From Paraphysomonas bandaiensis (lineage: Eukaryota > Protista > Chrysophyceae): 64,000 nucleotides of DNA. The stretch's first letter is position 1; each line of letters starts with the position of its first letter. The stretch is from positions 186,001-250,000 of the forward strand of contig CBFFRP010000199.1 of assembly GCA_965644295.1 (NCBI GenBank), written 5' to 3'. Below, one piece after another: positions 12,621 to 23,451 of this stretch. The translations under genes and the position numbers were made by a program. Under the pieces are notes generated by a model. The model made no database searches, was not told where the DNA came from, and saw nothing but the letters and a program-made list of their open reading frames with translations.

Positions 12621-15600
12621 ATGCTTATTATTCTCATCCTATTCACATGTTACACTATCACATTCTCTCAATCAAAACAGTATTTATTAGATCGTTATTG
12701 TGGTCATGATCTATCTCAATATTGTCATTTAGATCATGAATATCAACAACTATTACAGTGTTTACATGATCATAGTAATGGTATGATCATATACTGCTAC
12801 TTGTTTATTAGTATCTAAGCTAATATACAGATATATCCAGTCAGTGTTTGAGGTATATCGGATCATCAGAGAGAGGTCGACAGTTGTATATATATGGCAA
12901 CTAACATTAACTTATTGTGATATATAAGGTGGATGTAATGAGGATGCTATGACGTTATGTTCGAACCATGAGAAGACTGTTGATATATTACAGTGCCTTA
13001 AAGATCATTCGGAGAAACTTAGCGCCCAATGCAAAGAAAACATATTTGGTCACGACAATTCCGACGATACTGCAGCACAAGAAAAAAAACTCAACCAAAA
13101 GCGTGTTACAGTTTTTGTCACTATTATATCAGTTCTCTATCTGTTTATACCGCTTGTGCTGGCGTCCTGGGCTTTACAGAAATTCAGGTCAATTTATTTA
13201 CTGTACACAAGGTTGGGTAACTGGTCAAACCCACGACGGCCTACAAGACAATCACCCCCTACTTCAGAAAGCACTATGGAAGAGCGTCCACGTACACCGG
13301 TGGAGATATCTTTCATGGGAATTTCAGTATGGTTTCGGCAGTCGAGTAGCAGCTTAGCCCAACCGTTTGTAGGTCCTCCCCCGATTCGCATACTGAATAG
13401 GGTAGGTGGTGCATTCCACGTACATCCTGTTTAAACAAATGTCATGACATTTGCTAATATTTTATAGATTGCGGGTAAATTTTTACCCAGTGAGGTGTCT
13501 GCTATTATGGGCCCTAGCGGTTCCGGTGCGCTCACATGTGTTGCGTGAATTCACCTGTATGCTAACTGGCAGGCAGGTAAAACCACCCTTCTACGACTGC
13601 TGGGAGGGCGAATGGGTCATGGCGAGTTTGATGGCGTACGCGCTATCAATGGCATTGCTAAACCACCCACCCAATATGATTTGGTAAGTTATGTAATGCT
13701 ACACCCTAGTTTCTTTGGCCGATTGTGTATCACAGGATATGCGGTCTCAAGGATTTGTTCCTCAGTATGATGTTCTTTTGTCGGAACTCACGGTTTGGCA
13801 GACTATGGTGTACTCTGCTCTGCTACGTATGCCTGTCCGAGTAGATACGGTTGATAAAATTATGCGTGCACGACGGACACTGATAGAAATGGGACTTAGT
13901 GGGGTGGCTGAATCTGTGGTGGGCAGCAATACAATGGGTACATCGAGTGCATCATGTAAAGGGATATCTGGGGGTCAACGCCGCAGGTACTAGTACACGC
14001 GTTTTTACGGGATGCCATGAATTGATAACTTCTGTCGCAGATTAGCGATTGCTCAAGAGCTTCTTGGTAGCCCATCTGTACTATTCCTGGACGAGGTACT
14101 GCTCCAATTCGATATGTTACTTATCTCAACACTTTTCCTTATCTAGCCTACCTCTGGGCTGGATTCTACTACATCACTTCGTCTTATGGATACCCTGCTA
14201 GAACTGAGTCGCTCTAGGGGCAGTACCGTAGTATTGAGTATTCATCAGCCAAGGGCAGAGGTATATACCTATCTCTTATGTTGCTAAACTCACTGCGACT
14301 GAGCCTAGGTGTTTGAAATGTTCGATAATCTGATACTTCTAGGCCAGAAAGGAAGAATGGTTTATAGTGGCCCAGGCCGCAGAGCAAAACATTTGCTATC
14401 ATTATGCCCTGCCGTCACTTTGGATACTGGTAAATATGATAACCCTGGGGACTTCATTATCGATGTACTTGGTCTGGGAGGTGAGGAGGAGGAGAGGCAG
14501 AGATGGGAACAAAGAACTGCGCCTAGCAATACAAACAGTACTCATACTGTGAGTCGCATTGCATCTACAGATAGTGATGTGACTACACCACCTCAACTAG
14601 AGTATGAACTTGACACCATTGAGGCTGGCAATGAGGGGACGATCTCGGATGATGTGACTGGGTGTTTGCCTTGCGTTTCTATATCCAGATTTGATAGTGA
14701 TGCTAGCGATAGTAGTTCGGACAGACGTGGGGAGAATCTGACCCATGAGCTATCAACACACTTTCTGCGGTCGACTGAATTTGCGTTGTTGGTGAGCAGC
14801 ATTGAAAGAGGACTTGTTAACCTTGGTGGTGAAGGGGCGGAAGGTCGGGCCAGGGAAAGAGTGAGTGACCTGTTACATCGAGTGGACTTGGGAAAAGTTC
14901 AATACACTCCTCTGAATGCTGGTATGAGCATTCAAGACTGCAGCGCGGATTCTGATGATGAAGAAGTAGAATTGAACCCTAGACCTGCAGTCAGAGCAGG
15001 GTTCAGTAGAGTAACGCGAACACGTGGAGGCTATGCTATGCCGCCAATAATTGCGGATAGTACAGCGGGAAGAAGTCTGTCTAGCGCTCATGGGGGATGG
15101 TTAGAACGAATGATTCTGCAGTTATGGGTGCTTTTTGCTAGGCGCGTAACGGTTAGTACGTATCCTATTTAATCCCCAGTAGATAATATTAGCAGGTTTT
15201 TCATCCCAGACCCTCCGAAGTACTCGTTTTCTGTGCCCAAAATATCAGTATTGCAGTGATAATTTCTCTTGCGTTTAGCTATGATGTCGTGACCGCACTA
15301 GAGCTGCCATACCAGGTAAGTTCGATGGTTCTAACTGATATTTACTTATATGTTTTATAGGTACTCATGCTAATATTTATACTCTCCAGCTACGCTATGA
15401 TACTACAGGTACCGCTGCATGTGCTAATATATTTACCTAACACCAAATAGTACCTCACTCTTGTTCCTGAGTACTATACGGAGCGGGCGGTTATATCTAT
15501 GGAGAAATCATCTGGAATCATATCGTATATACCGTATGTGCTCAGTGCCCTGCTCACAGAAGTGCCGCGGGCCATACTGCAATGCTGCCTACTGAATGGT

Positions 15601-16605
15601 GAGGAGAATCGGTGTCTCGAAACTCTTGTAGAATAACGTATTTTTATTATAGGTATACTTTATATGATTCATCCTTTGAACCCGGAGCTAGCCAATGCAA
15701 CTTTTAGTTTTGTTTGCCTTATGGTGTGTCAGTTGGTCATATATTGTCGGCATAACTCACCTCTGTGTGTGCTCAGGTCGGGGTATGCGCCTGGCAGTCG
15801 ATCATTTGCGTATGTGCTGTCGTGTCCGACAATATTTCTGTAGCTTACACTGTAAGTTTCCTAATGTTGGGGCTGTAAGTACATTGTTGTTACACTATAT
15901 TGCACTTACCACTTACTCTAGGGGAACTCTGTTCGGAGGTCTTCTCGTTGGTTTGTCAAAAATTCCTTTGGTTTTCCGCTTTGTATACTATCTCTCTGTG
16001 ACGGCAGTCACTCAAAGGGCACTAGTCGCCAATGATATGCAGTGCTGTTACCTTTCCGTCAGCTGCAACTCACTTGTAGCGGATATTTCACGAAATAGAG
16101 GTGAAGAATCTAGCTCGGTGTTTTCGCCTTACGGAGGGGGAAATGGATGGAATCATGTGGGAACAGAATCTGAATCGGACCCTTCAGCGTATTGTCCTCC
16201 GGAATTGCATGTATGCAAATCTCTGTCTGAAGTTATACATTGTAACGTTCCATTAGTTCACAGGAGATGGAAGTGATGAAGGTAACTTAGGGCGCTTGGC
16301 TCTGCAGGTATATTACGCTGTTGGCTTCTCGGATTCAACTAATTTTCGAATCATTTTAGGTTCTCGATTTGCAGCACACTACACCTATAGTATCGCTGTT
16401 CTTTCTCTTTTGGGCCAACATTTTATGTCGTGGCCTGGCTGTTATTATTCTTAGTCTTCGGGAGAAATTTAAGTATAGGTTAGTGCAAGTTGACGAAGAC
16501 CGTATGACTGCAATGGAGCAAGCAGGGCCGAGGCGGCGCAATTTTTTCTTGATAAACCGTACACAGCACGTGAATAACCCTATTCTTACCTTCGCAGACA
16601 TGTGA
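12621..16605 (+). CDS. ABCG (White-type) half transporter with signal peptide, two Cys-rich repeats and a TM helix before the NBD; multi-exon
   Basis: Spliced Walker A GPSGSGKTTLL, FVPQYD, signature ISGGQRRR, Walker B LFLDEPTSGLDS, SIHQP and a C-terminal TMD. Many short GT-AG introns. Confidence 0.9.
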
Positions 16606-17013
16606 GTGATGAATTATAGTATTGGTTTATTTTTAAGTTGTTTGTAGAAGGTCGTCGGGTCAGAGTGGAGTGGAACTGGCAAACATAAATAGTAACAGTT
16701 GATAGAATAGATTATTCGTACTAACTTCTGTCTACACAATAGTGTCGAATAAGACGAATTGTGCAGTTCGGAGTTATAGAGATTGCATCTCTTCAAGATT
16801 ATCTTAAAGTATATACTTTCTTATTGTAAGTAGATATAATCATTGCCTTGTGCTATATTATATTCAAATGGGATTTACTCAAGTGATAGGTAGTAGTAGC
16901 GACACTATGATTAGTTTAGTCGAACACAGACCAGAATAACTGGGGCTTGTCGTACTAGTACTTTATACGTAGATACTGATTACTAAACATATGCCACATA
17001 AGACGAAAAATAC

Positions 17014-19927
17014 CAGGGCCCGATAACAAGATATAGCCAGCAAAAATAAATAACTACTGTATAATAAATAATAATATTTTATAAACCAATACTATATATA
17101 CTAGTATATATTACATATTGAGCGCAAAGACGAAAATATTAGCTTGATCGGTAGAAACTAGTTAGTAATGGTTACAATAATATAATGATGAAAACCCAAT
17201 AACAATACAGCAACTAGTACTCTCAGAATTCCAACTCTTTGTCATTGTCGTTCTCATGATGCCCGTTATGATCGGACGGTGCATCATTGATGACCTGTGG
17301 TACTGTCTTTGCGCTTTGCGGTCCACAAGTGCTTCTTGAACCCGAGGAACTCTCTCTCGCCTGTGAGTCTTTTCCCTCAACAGAGTCGTGGTGTTTTGGG
17401 GGATAAGTACCGGAGCCGCATATATAGCCAGCAGATATTGTTCTGCCCACTCTCCCACTTCTAGCCAAATGCTTGCGTGGTACAAGAGACACTATTTAGT
17501 CTCACTTGTGTAGACGTCTTCTTGGGCCTTGACGAATAAACAGGCATCGCAAGGCACCCGGGGTATTAGGCTGCCTGCTGAAGTCAAGCATCCTGTCAGG
17601 TATATCAACAATCTGCTTGCTCACGTTTGCGTTGAGTGATAGAGCAAAAGTGGCTACACCTTCTTGGTGCTTGCGGTGACGCACAAGTAGGTTTTGTAGC
17701 ACGAAGCACAAAATAGTAGGATATCAGAGTTAAGCAATAGTAGTTAAATTGGTTTGTTACATTAGTTATGACGCTTAGACGCCTATTATTGCTAACAATC
17801 AGACATTCACTACTAGCAGAGTTCGAAGTCGTCGTGGGGTCATTCCTTGTCGCAAGTGTGTCATGATGATAGTCTTGGCTCTGCTGGATAAAATCTCCTC
17901 AACGACCACTCCTATAGTTGAAAACTACCAGCTAATATTCGTACTCTATATTCACGATATGCAACATAGGAACCATGAGCTGTCAAGAAAGAGAAAACTT
18001 CTTGTTGCCTTGCTTCAAGGAAGTTTCAACACCTTGTGCGCGATAAATATGAAAGAGATGACGGTCGAATAGTTTGGAATCGAATAATAATATACCAAAA
18101 TAGGCGTACATGATGATTATTTTACTGGCATCTTGCTTATTGACTGTTTACACTGGCATGCTCTTAACAGATCTGAAGGAAAATATATTCGGTCATATAC
18201 GAGGAGGGCGGTACACTTTTTATAGTTTGGAGTTTAGTATTTGGTGAACAATAGCTTGAACAGAGACAATACGAATTAAAATATAAACATGAATAGCGTT
18301 TTTTGTTGCAGGCAATTATCAGAATTGTTCGATATTATAGTTATGTGATTAGATGAGCTATGTGATCATAAAGAGTAATATATGAGTAATCGAATATATT
18401 GTCAGAAGACACACCAGCATGAACAATATGTATCAATATATTACAATGTATCACGTGGCCAAGTTTTTCTAAAGTAACTAGATTAAACCATAGTCTGCAA
18501 CCATACTGAAAAAAACTGAAAAAAAACTGAAAATAACGTCGATTTTCATACATAAAATAACTGTCATAAAATCAGTCGAAATCATAGTGTGTGAACCACA
18601 CTTCACACTTCACATCACAGTGTTGAGTCAGCGAATTGCAGGTCAAATTAATGTGCTGGTACGTTCATTGTATCCCCCATTCACTCATAGTTTGACATGG
18701 CATTTTGAAAGCGCAAATCAGGCTCTCTTTGCAACAATGAAGATGACGCGACATGAAGCTCAGAGCGTGCTCAGGAAATAGAGATCACTGGGCGCTGGAG
18801 ACCAATTGATTTGGCCAATGAGTCATTCCGTCTGCCTCATACGGTTAATTGAGATCGATACCCTACGTTTAATTTGCGCACTGTCAGCTTCCTCAAGATA
18901 TTCTTGCGTTTTGTTACAGTATCTCTTGTGACGAATATAGCACAGGATATTGACCCTGCCGACTTGAGATATGACTGTGGATCAGTAATTTTGCTTTCAT
19001 TGCGTTCTATATATAAGCCTCTTGCAATTTGGATTCGAATTTATGGAGAACAACATGCCCCAAGAGGTGTAATACGTCATTCGCTACCTTTGCGTGAGCA
19101 ACTTATATGGTACTGAGACCACTTTAGGGATTGCTATCCAAGGATTGATTCTGTTGGCATACGATTCATGGAAATTGTGACAACAAAATTTTTATTTGAC
19201 AGTTGACTCGTATTATCTTGATGAAGCTGCAAGAGAAGGGCTTGCAAGGAAGAAAGTAAGATATTGGAGCTTAGAACCCACAGCGCTTCCAAGCACTCAC
19301 TCGTGAAGTTCGTGAAGGTGTCAATAAGCGAGGACAGTGGAATGGAGTGTGGAATCAACAGCGTAAAGAACTCCTAGTTCATTCTTATACCAAGGATGGC
19401 AAGAAATAAACCGCCTTGTTCAATGCTTATCATAGATCACCTACGAAGTCTACCCCCAATTCTGTGCCTGTGTGCTCCGACTACGGTAAGATGTTTGCAG
19501 CATGTGATGTATTCAATTCGCGGATTAAAGAGAGGATATGGCCTCATCGGCATGGTAGTGGAGGGCATCTAGGCGAAAGAGGAAAGTGTAGCTCGTTTGC
19601 GTTCGGCTGTTGTTCGCAAAATACATTCCATGCGTATTGTAGTATTTGTTCGATAGATACAAATAGTATCGATTATTATAGTTCTGTAACTCGTTAGCTA
19701 GTGAATTGTACACACATGCTGATACTCTATCTAAGGAAACTATAGTATAGAGGGGTACCGTGATTGGTTTGCTCAGTGTTGTAATAATTCCACTTTATAT
19801 CATTGGTTACAGACTATGGTTACAGACTATGGTTTAGTCTAAACAATAAATACATTGTAGCAAACAAATATAAATAATTGCAATATTTATATTGCATTCC
19901 AATATATTTTATCCAATCCTGCCCCTG
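17014..19927. mobile_element. About 2.9-kb degenerate CAGGG-family DNA element containing a nested insertion
   Basis: Termini CAGGGC and CCCCTG. Exact 8-bp flanking duplication AAAAATAC at 17006-17013 and 19928-19935. The AT-rich TTGCAAT-type subterminal motif at the right end resembles other family members. The TIR match is short. Confidence 0.7.
18479..19841 (+). mobile_element. Nested TIR element with a degraded piggyBac-like DDE transposase relic
   Basis: 25-bp TIR TAGA(T/C)TAAACCATAGTCTG(C/T)AACCA, 23 of 25 matching. Relic peptides FYLTVDSYYLDE...L...VRY and PVCSDYGKMFAACDVFN...NTFHAY recall piggyBac catalytic-core motifs. Stops and frameshifts are present. Confidence 0.75.
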
Positions 19928-19976
19928 AAAAATACCAAGGCTTCGAAAACCGTCAATATGAAGTATCTTATTACTA

Positions 19977-21448
19977 CTACATTTTTTCTATGTAAAATTG
20001 CTTGTTATCACAACTTTCATCTAATTTTGGTGAAGTGATCACGTCATTCTTCCTGTATTGTAAATCGTTGTCCCGTGTTGATCCATAAGCACCCATGTAG
20101 TCATGTTTCAAATGCTTCATTGAACCATTAGAAGAGTTGTCATCATCATCATCGATAGTATGCAAAACTAGAGGATCTTCCCAGTCCGAATTACCAGACT
20201 GACTGGACTGAAGTACCGTGCTGTACTGATTTTGTGGGTGGACATTTTTTATAAATCTAATAAAGTGAATGTCAGCTCAGAAGGAAACACAGAAGTATAC
20301 GCAGTGTATCCCCTTACCGGAAGGTCAAATAACCTACAATGACGATAATGACGAAGTTCACTATCCAAAGAACAAAGGACATCTGTACCTCCCATGAGTC
20401 ACATTATTCACTCTAATTTAAGCACATACCAGACCAAGGTGGGCAAATCGATATGCATTGTGCTTTGTCTCGTCGTCGTATAGGTGAACAAATGCGAGGG
20501 CCAGACACAATCCACAGTTGACTACTGGAGGTAGAAGAGAAGCTGATATAGCCGTACCAACTATAGCATTAAATCCACCCTTCGAAACGGCAAGAATGAC
20601 ACCCATACCACTCGGTGCGGCTACTACCAGACCGAGGGTGAGACTGGCAACTGTTCCACGGGAGAGCATCTCATGGCTGCGGTATTCAGGGTCGAACACC
20701 TGACTCGCACACAGTCCCATTACAATTCCGACTATTAATGACATTGCTACCCCCCAGGCCTCATTGCGAATACCCCGTAGAACAATATCGAATTTCATAG
20801 TCGCAAGACCAAATGTCATGGATAGAATCGGACCCATCATTGGGGACACTACGAAGAATATTACGCCATAATAATCGTTTAAGTGTATGAAACTGGTATA
20901 CTTTACCTAACATTGAAGCAATAACTGCAGTCGAATTGTCTCCCAGAAGCCCAGCTCCGGCAATGAGAGATGCCATCACCATTAATGCCAGAAAATCAAA
21001 AGTGAGATGATTGCCTTCTTCAATTAAATCCTATGCATTGAATTATTCACACAAGCATTGAATTAGTAGATATCGTATACCTGTATTTCATCAATAGACA
21101 TACGATCACTAATTGCATAAGCTTTTTTTGTAGGTTTATTATCTTTAAATACAACAGCCGGACGAGACATCACCACAGCAAACACATCTATAGTACCATA
21201 TGCTTCACCACAACCAATTTTTGATAATCTTGTTACAACATCCTATCAATTATTACTCATTACTATGATATTAATTTAATGGTATGATGAAATACCTGCA
21301 AATGTTTTGGTCGTACTTTAAAGTTAATATGCAGTGAATCTTGTGTAGAAAAGTGTGTAATTTTAAATACAGAAGGACATGAATCGAGTTCTTCCATGAC
21401 TGTGTTGCCATAGTGATGTGGGACCACTATATCAACATGTCTTACCAT
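19977..21448 (-). CDS. DUF389-family membrane protein, 6 exons
   Basis: IAGAGLLGDNSTAVIASMLVSPMMGPI and VGTAISASLLPPVVNCG motifs. Five GT-AG introns restore one reading frame. Confidence 0.9.
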
Positions 21449-21567
21449 TGGAATAGTGGTGTATTGAGGGTGTTAGTTGTGTGGACTTTATATATGTACA
21501 TATACTCATATAGTCAGATCAACTCACTGCCTGTATGTGTATATATAACAGCAAAATCTGAGGATCA

Positions 21568-21654
21568 TGTAGCCCGATCAATCCAGCCGTAGCCGGATAA
21601 TGATCCGTACAGTGTAACCTGATGAATCCAGCCGTAACCGGATAGCTGCCCGTA
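21568..21654. repeat. Imperfect 45-bp tandem duplication; its core TAACCGGATAGCTG recurs at 60306-60319
   Basis: TGTAGCCCGATCAATCCAGCCGTAGCCGGATA versus TGTAACCTGATGAATCCAGCCGTAACCGGATA. Confidence 0.75.
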
Positions 21655-21845
21655 TATATAGATACCTCCACATAGTGTGTACTGTCGTATATCTTCATGC
21701 AGCCAGCTGATGTTGGAACCTTTAAACACCCATAGCCACACTAATTGCCATTGTACACTATAAGTTGCCATATGATTATGATGTGGAATTAAGACATTAT
21801 ACCATTTTCTTTCAGGGGCTATAGAGTATCTGTTACACACTTATT

Positions 21846-22391
21846 ATGTCGCAAGTGTTAAGGCTGTTCGTTTTATTAGCATTTCTTTCAACTGGAGTGC
21901 AAAGTGAGTCCAATGCAGATGATGAGAATACTATCTTTGCTCGCAATTATTTGCAACAGTATCCAAGCACGAAAGTTCTTCCATCAGGACTTCACATTCG
22001 AATTATACGAAGTGGTGAGGAACCTCGCAAGCATCCCTCACCAAATTCTCCCTGTCGGTGCCGATATGTAGGGAAAACAATAACCGGCCATGTATTTGGT
22101 GAAAGTGGTGAGGAACCATCTGTTTTTGTTCCAAAAGATGTAATAAAAGGTATTGGAGAAGCATTGCAACTCATGAGCGAAGGTGATGTGTGGGAGTTGG
22201 TGGTTCCAGGAAATATTGGGTATGGTGGATCCACGCTTGTATTTGAGCTGGAATTATTGGAAGTGGGTGAAGAGAAAACTGGATTCGAATTTTCTTATGC
22301 GATGCAAAGCTTAATATGTTTAGCAGTCATTGGAATAATATATATCACTTATAAAAAGTATGGCACAAGTAACAAAGCACACCATGCGTAG
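21846..22391 (+). CDS. FKBP-type peptidyl-prolyl isomerase (Mip-like) with signal peptide and C-terminal TM
   Basis: LPSGL, YVGKTITGHVF, VIKGIGEALQLM, GYG and TLVFELELL motifs; hydrophobic N- and C-termini. Confidence 0.9.
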   Translation: MSQVLRLFVLLAFLSTGVQSESNADDENTIFARNYLQQYPSTKVLPSGLHIRIIRSGEEPRKHPSPNSPCRCRYVGKTITGHVFGESGEEPSVFVPKDVIKGIGEALQLMSEGDVWELVVPGNIGYGGSTLVFELELLEVGEEKTGFEFSYAMQSLICLAVIGIIYITYKKYGTSNKAHHA

Positions 22392-23004
22392 CGTTTTACA
22401 GATTCGTTGAGAATATTTTCCTGTTAAATAAGTTGAAATTGTCAAATTCTAAGTGTAAAATTTATAACATAATAAGTTAGATATGAAGTAAATGCGCGAG
22501 CCGCAGGAACACAACAAAGTATGATCCTCCGTACATTTTCGACGTTGAGATAAACTTGAGCTTGACAACTGGAGAGAAATACTTGATAGCATCTGCTAGA
22601 TACTAGAAACTCATTCACATTCCCATCCAAAATCTAAAGAACAAGAAATTTCTTATTCTTAGGGGCACATACCATCGTTAGTGTGAATGCCGATCTAGGA
22701 GATGCAGGATTAAACACTTGTGTCTATCGCCACAGTGAAGTGTATGTGTTTTAGATATAACCACCACCCTAGGTGTAGGTCGTAGACTTGCAGTCAACAG
22801 ATTATTACAGGGCATTATAAAGTTATTAATGAAAATATAGCAGCATCAATAGTACAAATTTCATGGTAATGCTTCGAACTGTTAGATAGAGCGTACGTAC
22901 GACAACTCGCTCGGTGACCGATAGCATTTAATCCGAAATTTTATTACCAATATATACACAACTGTAACTATCACTTTACGTTCTACGTATGCATTATGTA
23001 AATT

Positions 23005-23451
23005 CTATAATTCCATGTTTTGAAAAGGGTCATCAAGATCATCCTCATCACTTGAAAGAGTACCGGTCGAGTCAACATCTTCAAACCATAAATTTCTTCC
23101 ATAATTTATACATAACTCAGCTCCAACGGGAATATCACTAATTGCTACATAACGGATAACTTGATTGGCCTTATCAATAGTAAATCCAACGTTATTGCGG
23201 CGCGCATGGTTGAACATGCTCCCAAGCCCAAGTGCTAAACCCTGGTTCAATCCTATTGTATACGTGTAATGCGACAATATATCCCTCTCAGCATTTCCAC
23301 TTTCATCACTAGATGGGGTAGGAAATAGAAGAATTGGTGATATATTGACAAGTTCACCGCTTGATATATGCTGACCCGCGAACACGCCTCGTCCTTTACC
23401 AGGAATACTCTTTATAGTAAGGGAAACTAACGGAAGATCGATATCATCCAT
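23005..23451 (-). CDS. Small SET-domain protein-lysine methyltransferase
   Basis: GKGRGVFA, GSMFNH and ELCINYG motifs; first ATG at 23451. Confidence 0.9.
   Translation of the reverse strand: MDDIDLPLVSLTIKSIPGKGRGVFAGQHISSGELVNISPILLFPTPSSDESGNAERDILSHYTYTIGLNQGLALGLGSMFNHARRNNVGFTIDKANQVIRYVAISDIPVGAELCINYGRNLWFEDVDSTGTLSSDEDDLDDPFQNMEL

Noticed and set aside
17162-18072. Short ORFs inside the 2.9-kb element as a hAT transposase
   Set aside because: No recognisable hAT or P transposase motifs; the sequence is too degraded to call.
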